Source: Candidatus Thalassarchaeaceae archaeon (GTDB lineage Archaea > Thermoplasmatota > Poseidoniia > Poseidoniales > Thalassarchaeaceae). Taken from it: DNA of 64,000 nt. The notes beneath the pieces are model-generated. The model was not told the origin of the DNA and ran no database searches. It saw nothing but the letters and a program-made list of their open reading frames with translations. The stretch covers positions 41,779-105,778 of the forward strand of contig JAJPRD010000003.1 in assembly GCA_023700255.1 (NCBI GenBank), given 5' to 3'. Below, piece after piece: positions 51,814-62,065 of the stretch (position 1 is the stretch's first letter; each line of letters opens with the position of its first letter). Position numbers and translations under genes: made by a program.

Positions 51814-52008
51814 ATGCCGCCAATATGGCCATTCAAGAAAAAATCTATCGACAGCCCGAAAGCATTGAAAGTTGAAAAAAATAAAGTAGTGGAATATGAA
51901 CGAAAAATTAGAACTGATGGTGCTAAGAAAACGGATCGTTCACATCTTACTAATAAAAATTTCATAGATGCTATGGCCCTATTTTCAGATGAAAAAAATG
52001 AGTCATAA
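51814..52008 (+). CDS. Small basic hypothetical protein
   Basis: 64-aa ATG ORF that fills the gap between two minus-strand genes; MPPIWPFKKK start. Confidence 0.5.
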   Translation: MPPIWPFKKKSIDSPKALKVEKNKVVEYERKIRTDGAKKTDRSHLTNKNFIDAMALFSDEKNES

Positions 52009-52016
52009 AATCTTAA

Positions 52017-53771
52017 TTAGAGAACTGGATCGGGTATTGCTTTGCCTAGTGCATCGACATTAAATTCTCCTGCTTGGATAGGTGCACGGAGACCGAATTG
52101 AAAGGATACATTTGGATCTATTTCTCCAATCTGTCCCAGTTCTAAACCATTCAACATGATTTTTGCCCCTCTACCTTTAATCCAAGGGCCTTCTTTCTCA
52201 CTAATCGATATCCATTTCACTTCTGTCAAGTCTGCTCCAAGATCCCTTAGCAATGAACTGGCGATTCCTTTAGCCGCTGAAAATCCACCACCCACCTCAG
52301 CACAGGCCCATGCTACGCGACTTGCATTCCTTGAGTCCCTTACTACAGTTCCTAATTCATGCACTTTTTGTGGTAATTCATGATGACGATTAGCTGATAG
52401 TAGGTTTAGCAAAGATGGAAGTATATACTGTCTTAGCATAGTATGGTCTTGAGTAATAGGATTAGAAATAATTGTGCTTTTACCAACTTCTTGCCAACGT
52501 AATTTTTCAAACTGGTCCCGATTATTAGACAATGTCAAACTTTGAGTTTCCTGTAAACCCAGTGCGCAGAGACTTGCACTAATTCTCCTACGTAAGTTTG
52601 ACGAAGGTAATGGGATAGCATCTAAATGGACCGTTGATAATTGTTCAGGTAGGTTATCATAACCATAACCTATAGCGATATCTTCCACCAAGTCTACTGG
52701 ATGCATGATATCATTTCTCCACCTTGGCATTGCGATGATATGCTCTTTTTCACCAACTACACAATCCGCCCATTTTTCGGCTTTGTCTGGCCCATCTGTC
52801 ACTGTTCTTGATTCAATCAACTTGCCGCCCATTTTTTTAATCGCTGTTGCGATTTCAGATTTCTCCAGTTCAATGCCCAGAATTTTTGATATCAACTTAT
52901 CAGGGACCTTGTGGATTTTAGAATCTCCTCTTGGTACGTTAGAAATACCTCCATCCCAATTTTTAATTTGTATAGATTCTACAACTCCTCCTCTCTCAGC
53001 AAGAGATAAGCAAATTAATAGTAAACATGCTTCACATGATCTTTCGTCCCAACCTGTCACATCTATGAAAAAATCAGTTGTATTTTCTGTGACAGTTGTA
53101 TGATCTCCATTAATAATTGGAGGGAACGACAATACTTTGTCGTTAGAATCAATTATAACTGGATATTTATCCATACCTTCCATTAAACTAGCATATTCTT
53201 TTCCTTTTGGATGTGATTTTAAGATATCTTCAATAGTCATTTCTTCTTTCTCTGCTAATGGTATAAATACGTGATTTTTATCTACACCGATTACATTGAA
53301 TGGAGGTTTTAATTTTGATAGATCATGCACTCCAATTGATGCAAACTTTCTTTTTCTACCTAGAGTCATATGTAATTTTTCTTGATGTTCCATTAATGAC
53401 TGAATAAATTCATCTCTTTGTTCAGGATTAGTTCCATTATCTACCCCTCTCACAACTGCTCCTAATATTACTGGACGAATTTTTTCAATAGCAGGATCTA
53501 CCGATAAACTCAATTCTCCTTGTATTATTTTGAAATCAGGCGAATATTCTGCAGAGTTGAGAAAGGCTCTAGCGGCCCTAGAAATTGTTTCATGGCTTAG
53601 TAAATCAGTTCTATCAGGAAATATTTCTATTTCTATCCCTAAATCGTCATTTCCCTCAACTACGCAACCTATAGATGGCATTTTTTCAACCCATTCTTCA
53701 GGATTATATTTTATTCCATTTTTATCTTGTATAAATCGCAATATGCTATGGTTGAATTTTAGAGTTGGCAT
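52017..53771 (-). CDS. pheT: Phenylalanine--tRNA ligase beta subunit (archaeal type)
   Basis: [63 protein letters not shown]. Confidence 0.95.
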   Translation of the reverse strand: MPTLKFNHSILRFIQDKNGIKYNPEEWVEKMPSIGCVVEGNDDLGIEIEIFPDRTDLLSHETISRAARAFLNSAEYSPDFKIIQGELSLSVDPAIEKIRPVILGAVVRGVDNGTNPEQRDEFIQSLMEHQEKLHMTLGRKRKFASIGVHDLSKLKPPFNVIGVDKNHVFIPLAEKEEMTIEDILKSHPKGKEYASLMEGMDKYPVIIDSNDKVLSFPPIINGDHTTVTENTTDFFIDVTGWDERSCEACLLLICLSLAERGGVVESIQIKNWDGGISNVPRGDSKIHKVPDKLISKILGIELEKSEIATAIKKMGGKLIESRTVTDGPDKAEKWADCVVGEKEHIIAMPRWRNDIMHPVDLVEDIAIGYGYDNLPEQLSTVHLDAIPLPSSNLRRRISASLCALGLQETQSLTLSNNRDQFEKLRWQEVGKSTIISNPITQDHTMLRQYILPSLLNLLSANRHHELPQKVHELGTVVRDSRNASRVAWACAEVGGGFSAAKGIASSLLRDLGADLTEVKWISISEKEGPWIKGRGAKIMLNGLELGQIGEIDPNVSFQFGLRAPIQAGEFNVDALGKAIPDPVL

Positions 53772-53780
53772 GATAATTCC

Positions 53781-55322
53781 TCAATTCCCTAGCCACATAG
53801 GTAGTGGGCGTTCATAGCCAATTAATCTTAATCCAGATACTGCTGCTGTATCATAGTCAATTGCTCTCAGATTTCTTCTAGTGATTTCTTCTATACTTTC
53901 AATACCTAAATCAATCATCCATCCTTTTAGAGTTGAATCCAACCAAACTAAATTTTCCTCTAATGACTCATCCGTTTCTGGTGCTACAATTATCGAACAA
54001 CCTGCTCCTCTAGCTATGATGAAGTCTTCTGCACTTGGTGATTCATCTAATTCAATCATCAGATGTCTTCCTTGCTCGTTTAAGTTCATTGCTCTAGCAG
54101 CTAGACCTATTTTTGGTAATGCCGCTGCAGCTCTACTTCCTCCAGAACTTGCAGCATCTATTATTGCGCCATCTAAATTTAGTTCTACTATCAATCGGAA
54201 TAAGTTATCCACTCTATCTACTCTATCCTTTAACATGACTAATGATTTCGCTTGAATTTTACTTGTTAATGATACTAATAATGCATCTATTTCAGCGTCA
54301 TTTAAATCAGGAAGTTCATCTAGGTTAAGGACAATACCTGAGCATTGCGATAAGTATTTCGAGCAATCAACTATATTTTCTTCATTTATCAATAATAAAT
54401 CTATATTTCTTGGGTTAGATTCGACTATACACGGTTGTTTGGAAAGCATGTGTGAGTCATCATTCTCCGAATGTTCTCTTTCGATTAACCATGGTATGGG
54501 GAATAAAAGTCCATTTTCATCATCACCAATTGGATTAATTAGGGTGAAATTATCAAGAGGGCTGTGTTTGGATAGTTTCTTGTTTGAAGAAGAAACTATT
54601 GATATTTTTTCAAATCCTTCAATTATACTCTTTTCTGGCAACTCTAAAATATTTTGCGGATTCTCTGATGAAAATATTACTAATGCATCTTTATTTATAG
54701 ACAAACCTAGTGGTTCAAGAAGTTCCGATATCTCTAATATTTCGTCCGACTTTATGTTTCTCATATCTGCCCCATGGCCAGGTGGGGGACAATTTCCAGC
54801 TACGATTAGTTTCCCTCCAGTCATACCAACTCCTGGATCTTTTCCCACGGAGCCTAATACAATTATTGAACCGCCTGACATTCCAGCACCTGTTCTTTCA
54901 CCAGCATGACCTCTGACTAGTATAGTACCACCTTTCATTGACTCACCCGCATTATTAGAAACTGAGCCCTGGACACTGATCTGTCCTCCATTCATATGAG
55001 AGCCAATTTTACCCCCTGCATCCTTTTCAATTATTAATAATCCATCTTTTTGAAAAGCCCCAGCCATACTAGAGCAATTACCCTGAATAGTTAGGTTTCC
55101 TCCTTGATTCATTGCACCAGCACATTCTCCTAAATTACCTAATAGTAGTACCCTTGATTTTTTGGGAAGATGAGTGATTACTCCAATCTCCCCCTCCTTT
55201 GGTTTCTCATCTCCTCCTCTGCCCCAACCTATTCTTACTAGTAGGTCTCGGTCTAGAGCTTCTGAGAGCATTTTCTCTAGGTCACGATTCAATTTTATAC
55301 TCTTAGTAGTGACCTCGCGCAT
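53781..55322 (-). CDS. GXGXG (GltB domain 3/FwdC-like) beta-helix fused to a degenerate glutamate-synthase FMN-barrel-like domain
   Basis: Repeats GAMNQGG, GSHMNGG, GESMKGG, GAGMSGG, GVGMTGG; C-terminal LGIESIEEITRRNLRAIDYDTAAVSGLRLIG. Confidence 0.75.
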   Translation of the reverse strand: MREVTTKSIKLNRDLEKMLSEALDRDLLVRIGWGRGGDEKPKEGEIGVITHLPKKSRVLLLGNLGECAGAMNQGGNLTIQGNCSSMAGAFQKDGLLIIEKDAGGKIGSHMNGGQISVQGSVSNNAGESMKGGTILVRGHAGERTGAGMSGGSIIVLGSVGKDPGVGMTGGKLIVAGNCPPPGHGADMRNIKSDEILEISELLEPLGLSINKDALVIFSSENPQNILELPEKSIIEGFEKISIVSSSNKKLSKHSPLDNFTLINPIGDDENGLLFPIPWLIEREHSENDDSHMLSKQPCIVESNPRNIDLLLINEENIVDCSKYLSQCSGIVLNLDELPDLNDAEIDALLVSLTSKIQAKSLVMLKDRVDRVDNLFRLIVELNLDGAIIDAASSGGSRAAAALPKIGLAARAMNLNEQGRHLMIELDESPSAEDFIIARGAGCSIIVAPETDESLEENLVWLDSTLKGWMIDLGIESIEEITRRNLRAIDYDTAAVSGLRLIGYERPLPMWLGN

Positions 55323-55486
55323 ACAACTCCCATGACTCTGACAGAGTATTCGGTCTTGATTCTGACGGCTCGAGGGTTAATTCATCTATACTTCCAAGTC
55401 TAAACTATCTTGATTCTAAAAAAGGGTATATTGATAGAGTTTCTACCCGGGCATGGTAAACAACCTACGGGTAAGTGTGTGAGAAT

Positions 55487-56527
55487 ATGGTAACTATCAA
55501 AGTCGCAATAAATGGTTTCGGTACAATAGGTAAGCGTGTAGCGGATGCAATTGATGCACAGAAAGATATGAGTGTAGTTGGGGTTACTAAGACTGGCCCT
55601 TCCTTTGGATGTGGGCTAGCAGTTAAGAGAGGATTTCCTCTATATTGTACTTTTGACGATGAAGAAAAAATTTCTTCATTTGCAGAACGTGGTTATGATT
55701 GTAAAGGAGGTCTATCTGATTTGTTATCAATTGCAGATATTGTTATTGATTGTTCACCAGGGAAAATGGGTGCTGAAAATCTTGCAAAATATAAGTCAGC
55801 AGGGGTCAAATATATGTTTCAAGGCGGCGAAAAGCATTCTCTAACAGGCCTTTCATACACCTCTTGCGCTAATCATGCTGAAAATTTCAATGCTCAAGGA
55901 ACGCGTGTTGTTTCATGTAATACTACTGGACTTTCAAGGACATTAGTCCCTCTTTTTGATTTTTGTGGGTCTCTCAAAGTTGAATGCACTATGATCCGAA
56001 GAGCAGCGGATCCAGGTGATTCTCATAAAGGGCCAATTAATGCTATAAAACCAGTCCTCCAAGTCCCTAGCCATCATGGTCCTGATGTAATGTCTGTCAA
56101 ACCAGAGATTCAGATTAATTCCATGGCTGTTGCAGTGCCAACTACACTAATGCATGTCCATGCAATTATTGCTGATTTACCCGTAGGGCATGGGTTATCT
56201 ACTGAGATGATAATTGATATGTGGAAAAATTCTCCAAGGATTATTGTCATGAATGGAAAAAATGATCGAATACCGACTACTGCTGAAGTTATGGAAATGG
56301 CTAGAGATATAGGTAGGAAATGGGGTGATTTACATGAAATATTTGTATGGGAGGATGGTGTGAAATTAGTTGATGACCGACTTTATTATTTCCAAGCAAT
56401 TCATCAAGAGAGCGATGTTATCCCAGAAAATGTAGATTGTGTAAGAGCTTTGATGGGTACCGAAAAAGACTGGAGAGTAAGTGTATCCAATACTGACCAA
56501 GCAATATCTAACTATTACGGTCTTTAA
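55487..56527 (+). CDS. gap: Glyceraldehyde-3-phosphate dehydrogenase, type II (archaeal)
   Basis: VAINGFGTIGKRVADA, FQGGEKH, RVVSCNTTGL, PSHHGPDV, QAIHQESDVIPENVD. Confidence 0.96.
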   Translation: MVTIKVAINGFGTIGKRVADAIDAQKDMSVVGVTKTGPSFGCGLAVKRGFPLYCTFDDEEKISSFAERGYDCKGGLSDLLSIADIVIDCSPGKMGAENLAKYKSAGVKYMFQGGEKHSLTGLSYTSCANHAENFNAQGTRVVSCNTTGLSRTLVPLFDFCGSLKVECTMIRRAADPGDSHKGPINAIKPVLQVPSHHGPDVMSVKPEIQINSMAVAVPTTLMHVHAIIADLPVGHGLSTEMIIDMWKNSPRIIVMNGKNDRIPTTAEVMEMARDIGRKWGDLHEIFVWEDGVKLVDDRLYYFQAIHQESDVIPENVDCVRALMGTEKDWRVSVSNTDQAISNYYGL

Positions 56528-56578
56528 TTTAGGATATTAGGATTTAAATGGTTTAATATAGTTATATTTGGCGAGTCA

Positions 56579-59500
56579 ATGAATCTTAACGGTCAAAAGG
56601 GTTTCATGCGTCGGACATACGATATGAAAACCATCAGACATGTCTTTCCGATATTGTTTATCCTTATCTTATCCTCATGGTCCAGTGTAGTCGTTGCTCT
56701 AAATTCTCCTTCTGATGATTCAACTTTTTCTCTTTCTGAGGATTCTTCTATCCCTGAATGGGGTCAGTTATCTGTTGGTGTTGAATCGGTTTATGAAGTT
56801 AGAAATTTCTCAGGCATAATACATTCTCCATTTGGTGATTTTGATCCTTTAACTGACGTTATCCCTCTTGGTCCTGAGAACTTATATGATTCATTTGCTA
56901 TACACCGTACTGGTTTAGCCATAATTCAATCAAAAAGTGTAGATCAGACAGGTTTAATGGAATTGCTAAATTTATATGATATTCCAATTTTAGATGTGAT
57001 TCCTGATTCTGCACTAATAATAAGGTTGCCAGTTGATGAAATTTTAGAATCTAAGGAATTATTAGAAAAATCTGAGCATGTACGTTGGATCGGTGAGTTA
57101 CCAATTGCCTGGCGAGTTTCTTTGAATTTAGTCAGCCTTTCGGGTAGAGGTGGAATTATTGTTGATTTAGATTTAACACCTGCATCTGATATTAATCATA
57201 ATGAATTAATTGAGTTAGAGGAAGATCTCAGATATTTATCGGAAAGTTCAGTTTCGAGGGATATTTGTGATGCTCATTTATGTCAAGTTAGGGGTATAGA
57301 TGCTTCTTGGATACCTGTTTTAGCAATGGATGGACGTATTCTAAGTATTAATCCTTCATCTGTAATTACAATTCATAATGATAATGCGAAGCAATTAATT
57401 GGGGCAAATCAGGCTTTTAACTTGTCAAATTTTGTTCTAAATGGGAGTGGGGAAATATTGGCGATTTCAGATACTGGTATAGATGATGATCATGGGGATT
57501 TCAATGGTCGCATAAGGGCTATCTATAATCAGTTTGGTCCTGATAATTCTCATCAAGATCGTAACAGTGGACATGGTACACATGTTACTTCTACTTTACT
57601 TGGAGATGGAACTGGTGATTCGTTTACAGAGGGTATAGTTCCTGCTGCAACGTTTCACTTTTACCAACTCGAGGCCGATAGCTCGGGCATCTTAGCTCGA
57701 TGGGGTTCTCTTTACGAAATGTTCACTCATTCTTATCAGCAAAATGCTAGAATTCAAACTAATAGTTGGGGTAATGTAAATCTTGTTGGTGAGTATAGTT
57801 CTGATTCAAGGTCTGCAGATGCTTATATGGTCAGTCAACCGAGTTTTCTAGTATTATTTTCAGCAGGTGATTTAGGTGAGAATGGATATGAAAGTATAAC
57901 GCCACCGGGGACTGCAAAAAATGTGTTAACGATTGGCTCTTCAACCACTGGGTCATATGGTAGTCCTGAATCAGGAGCTGTATCCTCAACCTCTTCTAAG
58001 GGTACCACTCTCGATGGTCGCATCAAACCGGATCTTGTTGCACCTGGTGTGATGATATGCTCTGCTCGAGCGAATGAAGCACAGTTTACTGATGGTGAAA
58101 GTTGCTCTTCATCAACACATAGTGATACCGGGAATCCTCTGTATATGACTCTCAATGGTTCATCAATGTCTACTGCTGTAGCAGCAGGAGCTGCTACTAT
58201 GGTACGCCAGTATCTCCGTGAAAACGAATCAATAGCGGAACCAGGTTCAGATCTTATACGTGCTCTCTTGATCAATGGGGCAGATGATCTAGGCAATCCT
58301 GATATCCCGAACAAAATGGAGGGGTGGGGCCAAATTAATGTATCAAATAGTATATTCCCATCGTCTTCTAATAATGATTTAGACTTGCTATATGATACTT
58401 CTAGGGAATTAAGGCCCGGGCATTCATTTGTATATACTATTGAATCAGATACAAATTCTAAATTTGACCTCACGCTTGTCTGGAATGACCGAGAAGGTTC
58501 AGCAGTTGCGAATCAATCATCTCCTAAGTTAGTAAATGATCTTGATCTTATAGTCACGTCTCCCAGTGGTGAAATTTATTATGGCAATAATTTCATAAAT
58601 GGTTTTAGTGCAATAGGTGGTGTAAAAGATAACTTAAACAATGTTGAAAGGGTAAGGCTTGACTTACCTGAAATAGGGACTTGGTCAGTCGAAGTCGGTC
58701 ATTCAGGGGGGTTTCTACAAGATTATGTCTTGGTGCTAACTGGAGATTTGACTGAAACAGTTTTACCTGATCTAACTGTAGTTCCTAATTCTCTAACTAC
58801 TTCTGTCGAGAGTCCACTGCAAGGTGATACTTTTTTGATAGAAACTAAATGGAAGAATCAAGCATCTGGGTCTACTGGTAGTTATTCGATATTAATCGAG
58901 GATTTAACTGATAATTCAGTTATATTCAGCGAAACTAGAACCTCACTTTCTGGAGGTTCTGAAGCATCTAAGTCATATCCCCATTCATTTTCTACTACTG
59001 GGATACACACGATCAAACTAACTTTAGATTCTAATTCTGAAGTGATAGAATTAAATGATGATTTAACAGGTGTCAATAATAATATTATTGAAATCGATGT
59101 CTATGTTTCTCAAGTAGGAGTTCGGCTAACTCCTCTACTAGAGGATGGTTCATTCCCCTCAAATCCATCTCAGATTGACCAATCAAAAGTAAGATACTTA
59201 GACCCAAGTATTTCCAGTTCAGTTATTTTCCAACTTGAATTAAGAAATGAGGGTACTTCTGAGATTACTGTTGATATATCCGCTTCTCCAGTGCAATTAT
59301 CAGAAGCAGGAGGTATCCTCATGTCTCCTAGTGATGAATGGTGGAAATTATTCAATGAATCAGGTCCATGGACACTTTCACCATCAGGAGATTTAGGTGA
59401 TAGTGTATTAGTTTCTTTAGAGTTCTCAGATGTAGATGCAGATGTTGATAATGATATTTATGCACTACCTGGTTCTTTTGTTTCTCAAATTACATTATGG

Positions 59501-61393
59501 GATAAAAACGCACCTACTGTATTCCATTCATTGCAATTAAAGACTGTAGTGGAACGAGTAGAGGGTCTGGTGACAGTAATTGCTGGTGCTGAAGAATTAG
59601 GTGCTACACCAGGCAATTTTGCACAATTTTCACTTTCCATTCTAAATACAGGTAATGGCCCTACTCAATATACAATTTCTTGTGAAACTGAAAATCGTTG
59701 GATTATAAAAGTAGGTGAAAGTGGCACATCAGTTCTTAATTTGGAACCTCTTTCAAGACTTCAATTTCTTCCAGTCACCATAAGGGTAAGGGTTCCTAAC
59801 GATATTCTTGGATTCCCTACTTCAGGGACAATTGAAGGTGTCAGTTGTACAACTCAATCCGTCAATGATCTTAGTTTATTCTCAATAGATGAAGCCTCTT
59901 TAGAAGTATTTGAAAGTCGAGATTTCACCACTGAGATTTTTTCTCAGAATGATCAATCTCTTGGACCTCTGGGTCTTGCAGAGAATAGGGCTGTGTTAAA
60001 CGGTGACTTAGTAACTACTAAATTAGTGATTACCAATGAAGGAAATGTTCCTTCACAGTATACTGTCAAGGTGCAGAATAGTTGGCAAACGCAATTAATT
60101 GAAGGTAATAATGAAGTGGTGAATGGTGATATTATTGTTAATGTGTTAGCTGGAAATAATTTAACAATCCTAATTAATTCCATTGTGCCTCTTTCATCTA
60201 GTATGGGTGACTCAAATACAATGACAATTCGAACAACTTTACAAAATGGGGAGACACTGATTAATGGTACTAAATTTGTTATTGAAGAATTTGCATCTCT
60301 TGATATAGAGAGCCCAGGTAGGATACTGGTGGCTCTAGGTAAATCGTCCATTGCTCCGATTAAATTACACAATGTGGGGAATGTTCCTCTGGATGTTTCT
60401 TTGACAATAGGGAGCCTTCCCAATGGGTGGTCCGGAGGTTTCCTTTCAGGTAATTCATTTGAAATGGATATGAATCGAGAGGCATTTATCTCAGTAGGTC
60501 TTGACTTACCTGGTGGTTTACCAGTAGGTGAATTAGATCAAACAGTATCAGTAATTATAGAGTTTACAACACCAGGAGGAGATGTCTATTTTCAGACTAT
60601 TGAATTAATCGTTGAGGTAAAGCCATCTATTTGGATAATTTTAGACTCTGAGAATATATTCATTGATGACGTTTCATCTGGAGAAAAAGCGATTTTTGAG
60701 GTAAATATCACTAATTCTGGAAATGTAATAACTGGGACGGATGTATATTTCAGTGATGTAAGTGGCTGGAGTATAGAATTAAGTGAATCATTTATGGAAG
60801 ACATATCGCCAGGTGAATCTAGGCTAGTGAAAGTTTATGTGAAGCCTCAATCTAATGCTGATTTTGGTCTTTCTAGTTTAGAAATTTCTGCTAATGCTAG
60901 TAGTTTCTCCCCATCTGACACAGAGGTTACTAACTCTAAATTAGTTTTACAGATGAGCAAGGAGAGGAGTACAAATTCAGGAGGGATTTCAGGACTTCTT
61001 GAATCTATAGGTTTACCATCATGGACTTTAGCGTTATTATTTTTGTTTTCTCTAGTTGGTGTGTCATTTTTAGGTATTCAAATGAGGAAAAATTCCCATA
61101 AATTAATGTCATCAGAAGAGGAATTAATACCAAAGGGTTCCGCACTACTTTCCGGAAGTTCTAACGAACGTCGTATGGCTGCATTAGACACCTCATTAGG
61201 ATCGGGGGATACTCTCGCAGGTGGTGTCAGTGAGGATGAGATTCAGGCTGCATTAGCGGCATCAGGGCCTGGTAAATTACAGATAACTCCCGATGGTGTA
61301 GCTCCATTGCCTTTGAGTGGTCTACCTGATGGTTGGACTATGGAACAATGGCAATCTTATGGGCACCTCTGGTGGGAACAGAACCAAGCTTAG
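56579..61393 (+). CDS. Large surface-anchored S8 serine peptidase (Kp43-like) with CARDB/Ig stalk, TM helix and Trp-rich C-terminal tail
   Basis: SDTGID, GHGTHV, TNSWG, GTAKNVLTIG, DGRIKPDLVAPG, NGSSMS, LVNDLDL, NNVERV; CARDB (PDLTV...ELND...NN); start may be the downstream ATG of MKTIRH. Confidence 0.9.
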   Translation: MNLNGQKGFMRRTYDMKTIRHVFPILFILILSSWSSVVVALNSPSDDSTFSLSEDSSIPEWGQLSVGVESVYEVRNFSGIIHSPFGDFDPLTDVIPLGPENLYDSFAIHRTGLAIIQSKSVDQTGLMELLNLYDIPILDVIPDSALIIRLPVDEILESKELLEKSEHVRWIGELPIAWRVSLNLVSLSGRGGIIVDLDLTPASDINHNELIELEEDLRYLSESSVSRDICDAHLCQVRGIDASWIPVLAMDGRILSINPSSVITIHNDNAKQLIGANQAFNLSNFVLNGSGEILAISDTGIDDDHGDFNGRIRAIYNQFGPDNSHQDRNSGHGTHVTSTLLGDGTGDSFTEGIVPAATFHFYQLEADSSGILARWGSLYEMFTHSYQQNARIQTNSWGNVNLVGEYSSDSRSADAYMVSQPSFLVLFSAGDLGENGYESITPPGTAKNVLTIGSSTTGSYGSPESGAVSSTSSKGTTLDGRIKPDLVAPGVMICSARANEAQFTDGESCSSSTHSDTGNPLYMTLNGSSMSTAVAAGAATMVRQYLRENESIAEPGSDLIRALLINGADDLGNPDIPNKMEGWGQINVSNSIFPSSSNNDLDLLYDTSRELRPGHSFVYTIESDTNSKFDLTLVWNDREGSAVANQSSPKLVNDLDLIVTSPSGEIYYGNNFINGFSAIGGVKDNLNNVERVRLDLPEIGTWSVEVGHSGGFLQDYVLVLTGDLTETVLPDLTVVPNSLTTSVESPLQGDTFLIETKWKNQASGSTGSYSILIEDLTDNSVIFSETRTSLSGGSEASKSYPHSFSTTGIHTIKLTLDSNSEVIELNDDLTGVNNNIIEIDVYVSQVGVRLTPLLEDGSFPSNPSQIDQSKVRYLDPSISSSVIFQLELRNEGTSEITVDISASPVQLSEAGGILMSPSDEWWKLFNESGPWTLSPSGDLGDSVLVSLEFSDVDADVDNDIYALPGSFVSQITLWDKNAPTVFHSLQLKTVVERVEGLVTVIAGAEELGATPGNFAQFSLSILNTGNGPTQYTISCETENRWIIKVGESGTSVLNLEPLSRLQFLPVTIRVRVPNDILGFPTSGTIEGVSCTTQSVNDLSLFSIDEASLEVFESRDFTTEIFSQNDQSLGPLGLAENRAVLNGDLVTTKLVITNEGNVPSQYTVKVQNSWQTQLIEGNNEVVNGDIIVNVLAGNNLTILINSIVPLSSSMGDSNTMTIRTTLQNGETLINGTKFVIEEFASLDIESPGRILVALGKSSIAPIKLHNVGNVPLDVSLTIGSLPNGWSGGFLSGNSFEMDMNREAFISVGLDLPGGLPVGELDQTVSVIIEFTTPGGDVYFQTIELIVEVKPSIWIILDSENIFIDDVSSGEKAIFEVNITNSGNVITGTDVYFSDVSGWSIELSESFMEDISPGESRLVKVYVKPQSNADFGLSSLEISANASSFSPSDTEVTNSKLVLQMSKERSTNSGGISGLLESIGLPSWTLALLFLFSLVGVSFLGIQMRKNSHKLMSSEEELIPKGSALLSGSSNERRMAALDTSLGSGDTLAGGVSEDEIQAALAASGPGKLQITPDGVAPLPLSGLPDGWTMEQWQSYGHLWWEQNQA

Positions 61394-61434
61394 TTAGGGT
61401 TTGACTTATCACTATGGGCTTTCCGCATTGGTGT

Positions 61435-62058
61435 ATGAAGGGTTCTATAGTGCTGTTTGGTCCACCTGGCGCAGGTAAGGGCACACAAGCAAATAGGATA
61501 GTTTCTTTAACTTCTAAACCTCAAGTTTCGACAGGCGATATGCTTAGGCAAGCAGTTTCTTCTGGAAGTGAATTGGGAGTTGCTGCCAGAGCATTTATGG
61601 AAGCCGGTGAACTAGTTCCGGATGACGTTATAATTGGTCTAATAAATCAGAGATTGAAGGAAGAAGATGCATCTTCCGGCGTACTTTTTGATGGTTTTCC
61701 ACGCACAATTGCTCAAGCTGAAGAGTTGTCTAAAATCGCTCAACTTAGTGTAGTGATCTCAATAGAAGTGCCTGATGAGTCAATAGTTGAGAGAATAGTC
61801 GGGAGACGCATGGATCCAGAAACGGGTAATATTTATCACATAAAATTTAACCCCGCGCCTGAGTCGATAGCACATCGTTTAATTCAAAGAAAAGATGATA
61901 ATGAATCTACAGTTAGAACTAGACTCTCTGCGTATCATGAGCAAACCTCACCTCTCGCTAGTTGGTATGAAAGTCAAGGTCTATTAATCAAAATTAATGG
62001 TAATAGGTCAATTAAAAAAGTTGGTGACGACATCATCTCTGAATTATCTGATAAATGA
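61435..62058 (+). CDS. adk: Adenylate kinase (bacterial type)
   Basis: FGPPGAGKGTQA, STGDMLR, GELVPDD, DGFPRTIAQA, QRKDD; LID domain has no zinc cysteines. Confidence 0.96.
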   Translation: MKGSIVLFGPPGAGKGTQANRIVSLTSKPQVSTGDMLRQAVSSGSELGVAARAFMEAGELVPDDVIIGLINQRLKEEDASSGVLFDGFPRTIAQAEELSKIAQLSVVISIEVPDESIVERIVGRRMDPETGNIYHIKFNPAPESIAHRLIQRKDDNESTVRTRLSAYHEQTSPLASWYESQGLLIKINGNRSIKKVGDDIISELSDK

Positions 62059-62065
62059 GGTTGAC

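Noticed and set aside
53781..55322. Formylmethanofuran dehydrogenase subunit C implying methanogenesis-type C1 metabolism
   Set aside because: GXGXG repeats are shared with glutamate synthase, no other fwd/fmd genes are present, and the C-terminus resembles GltB domain 2
55335..55417. Direct repeat TCTTGATTCT (55354 and 55408) and a small palindrome in the divergent promoter before gap
   Set aside because: Short and AT-rich with only two copies; cannot be distinguished from chance without comparative data
57835..60804. Antisense ORFs of up to 212 aa inside the S8 gene, and similar short ORFs opposite other genes
   Set aside because: Shadow frames of well-supported genes, Ser/Pro-rich and without recognisable motifs
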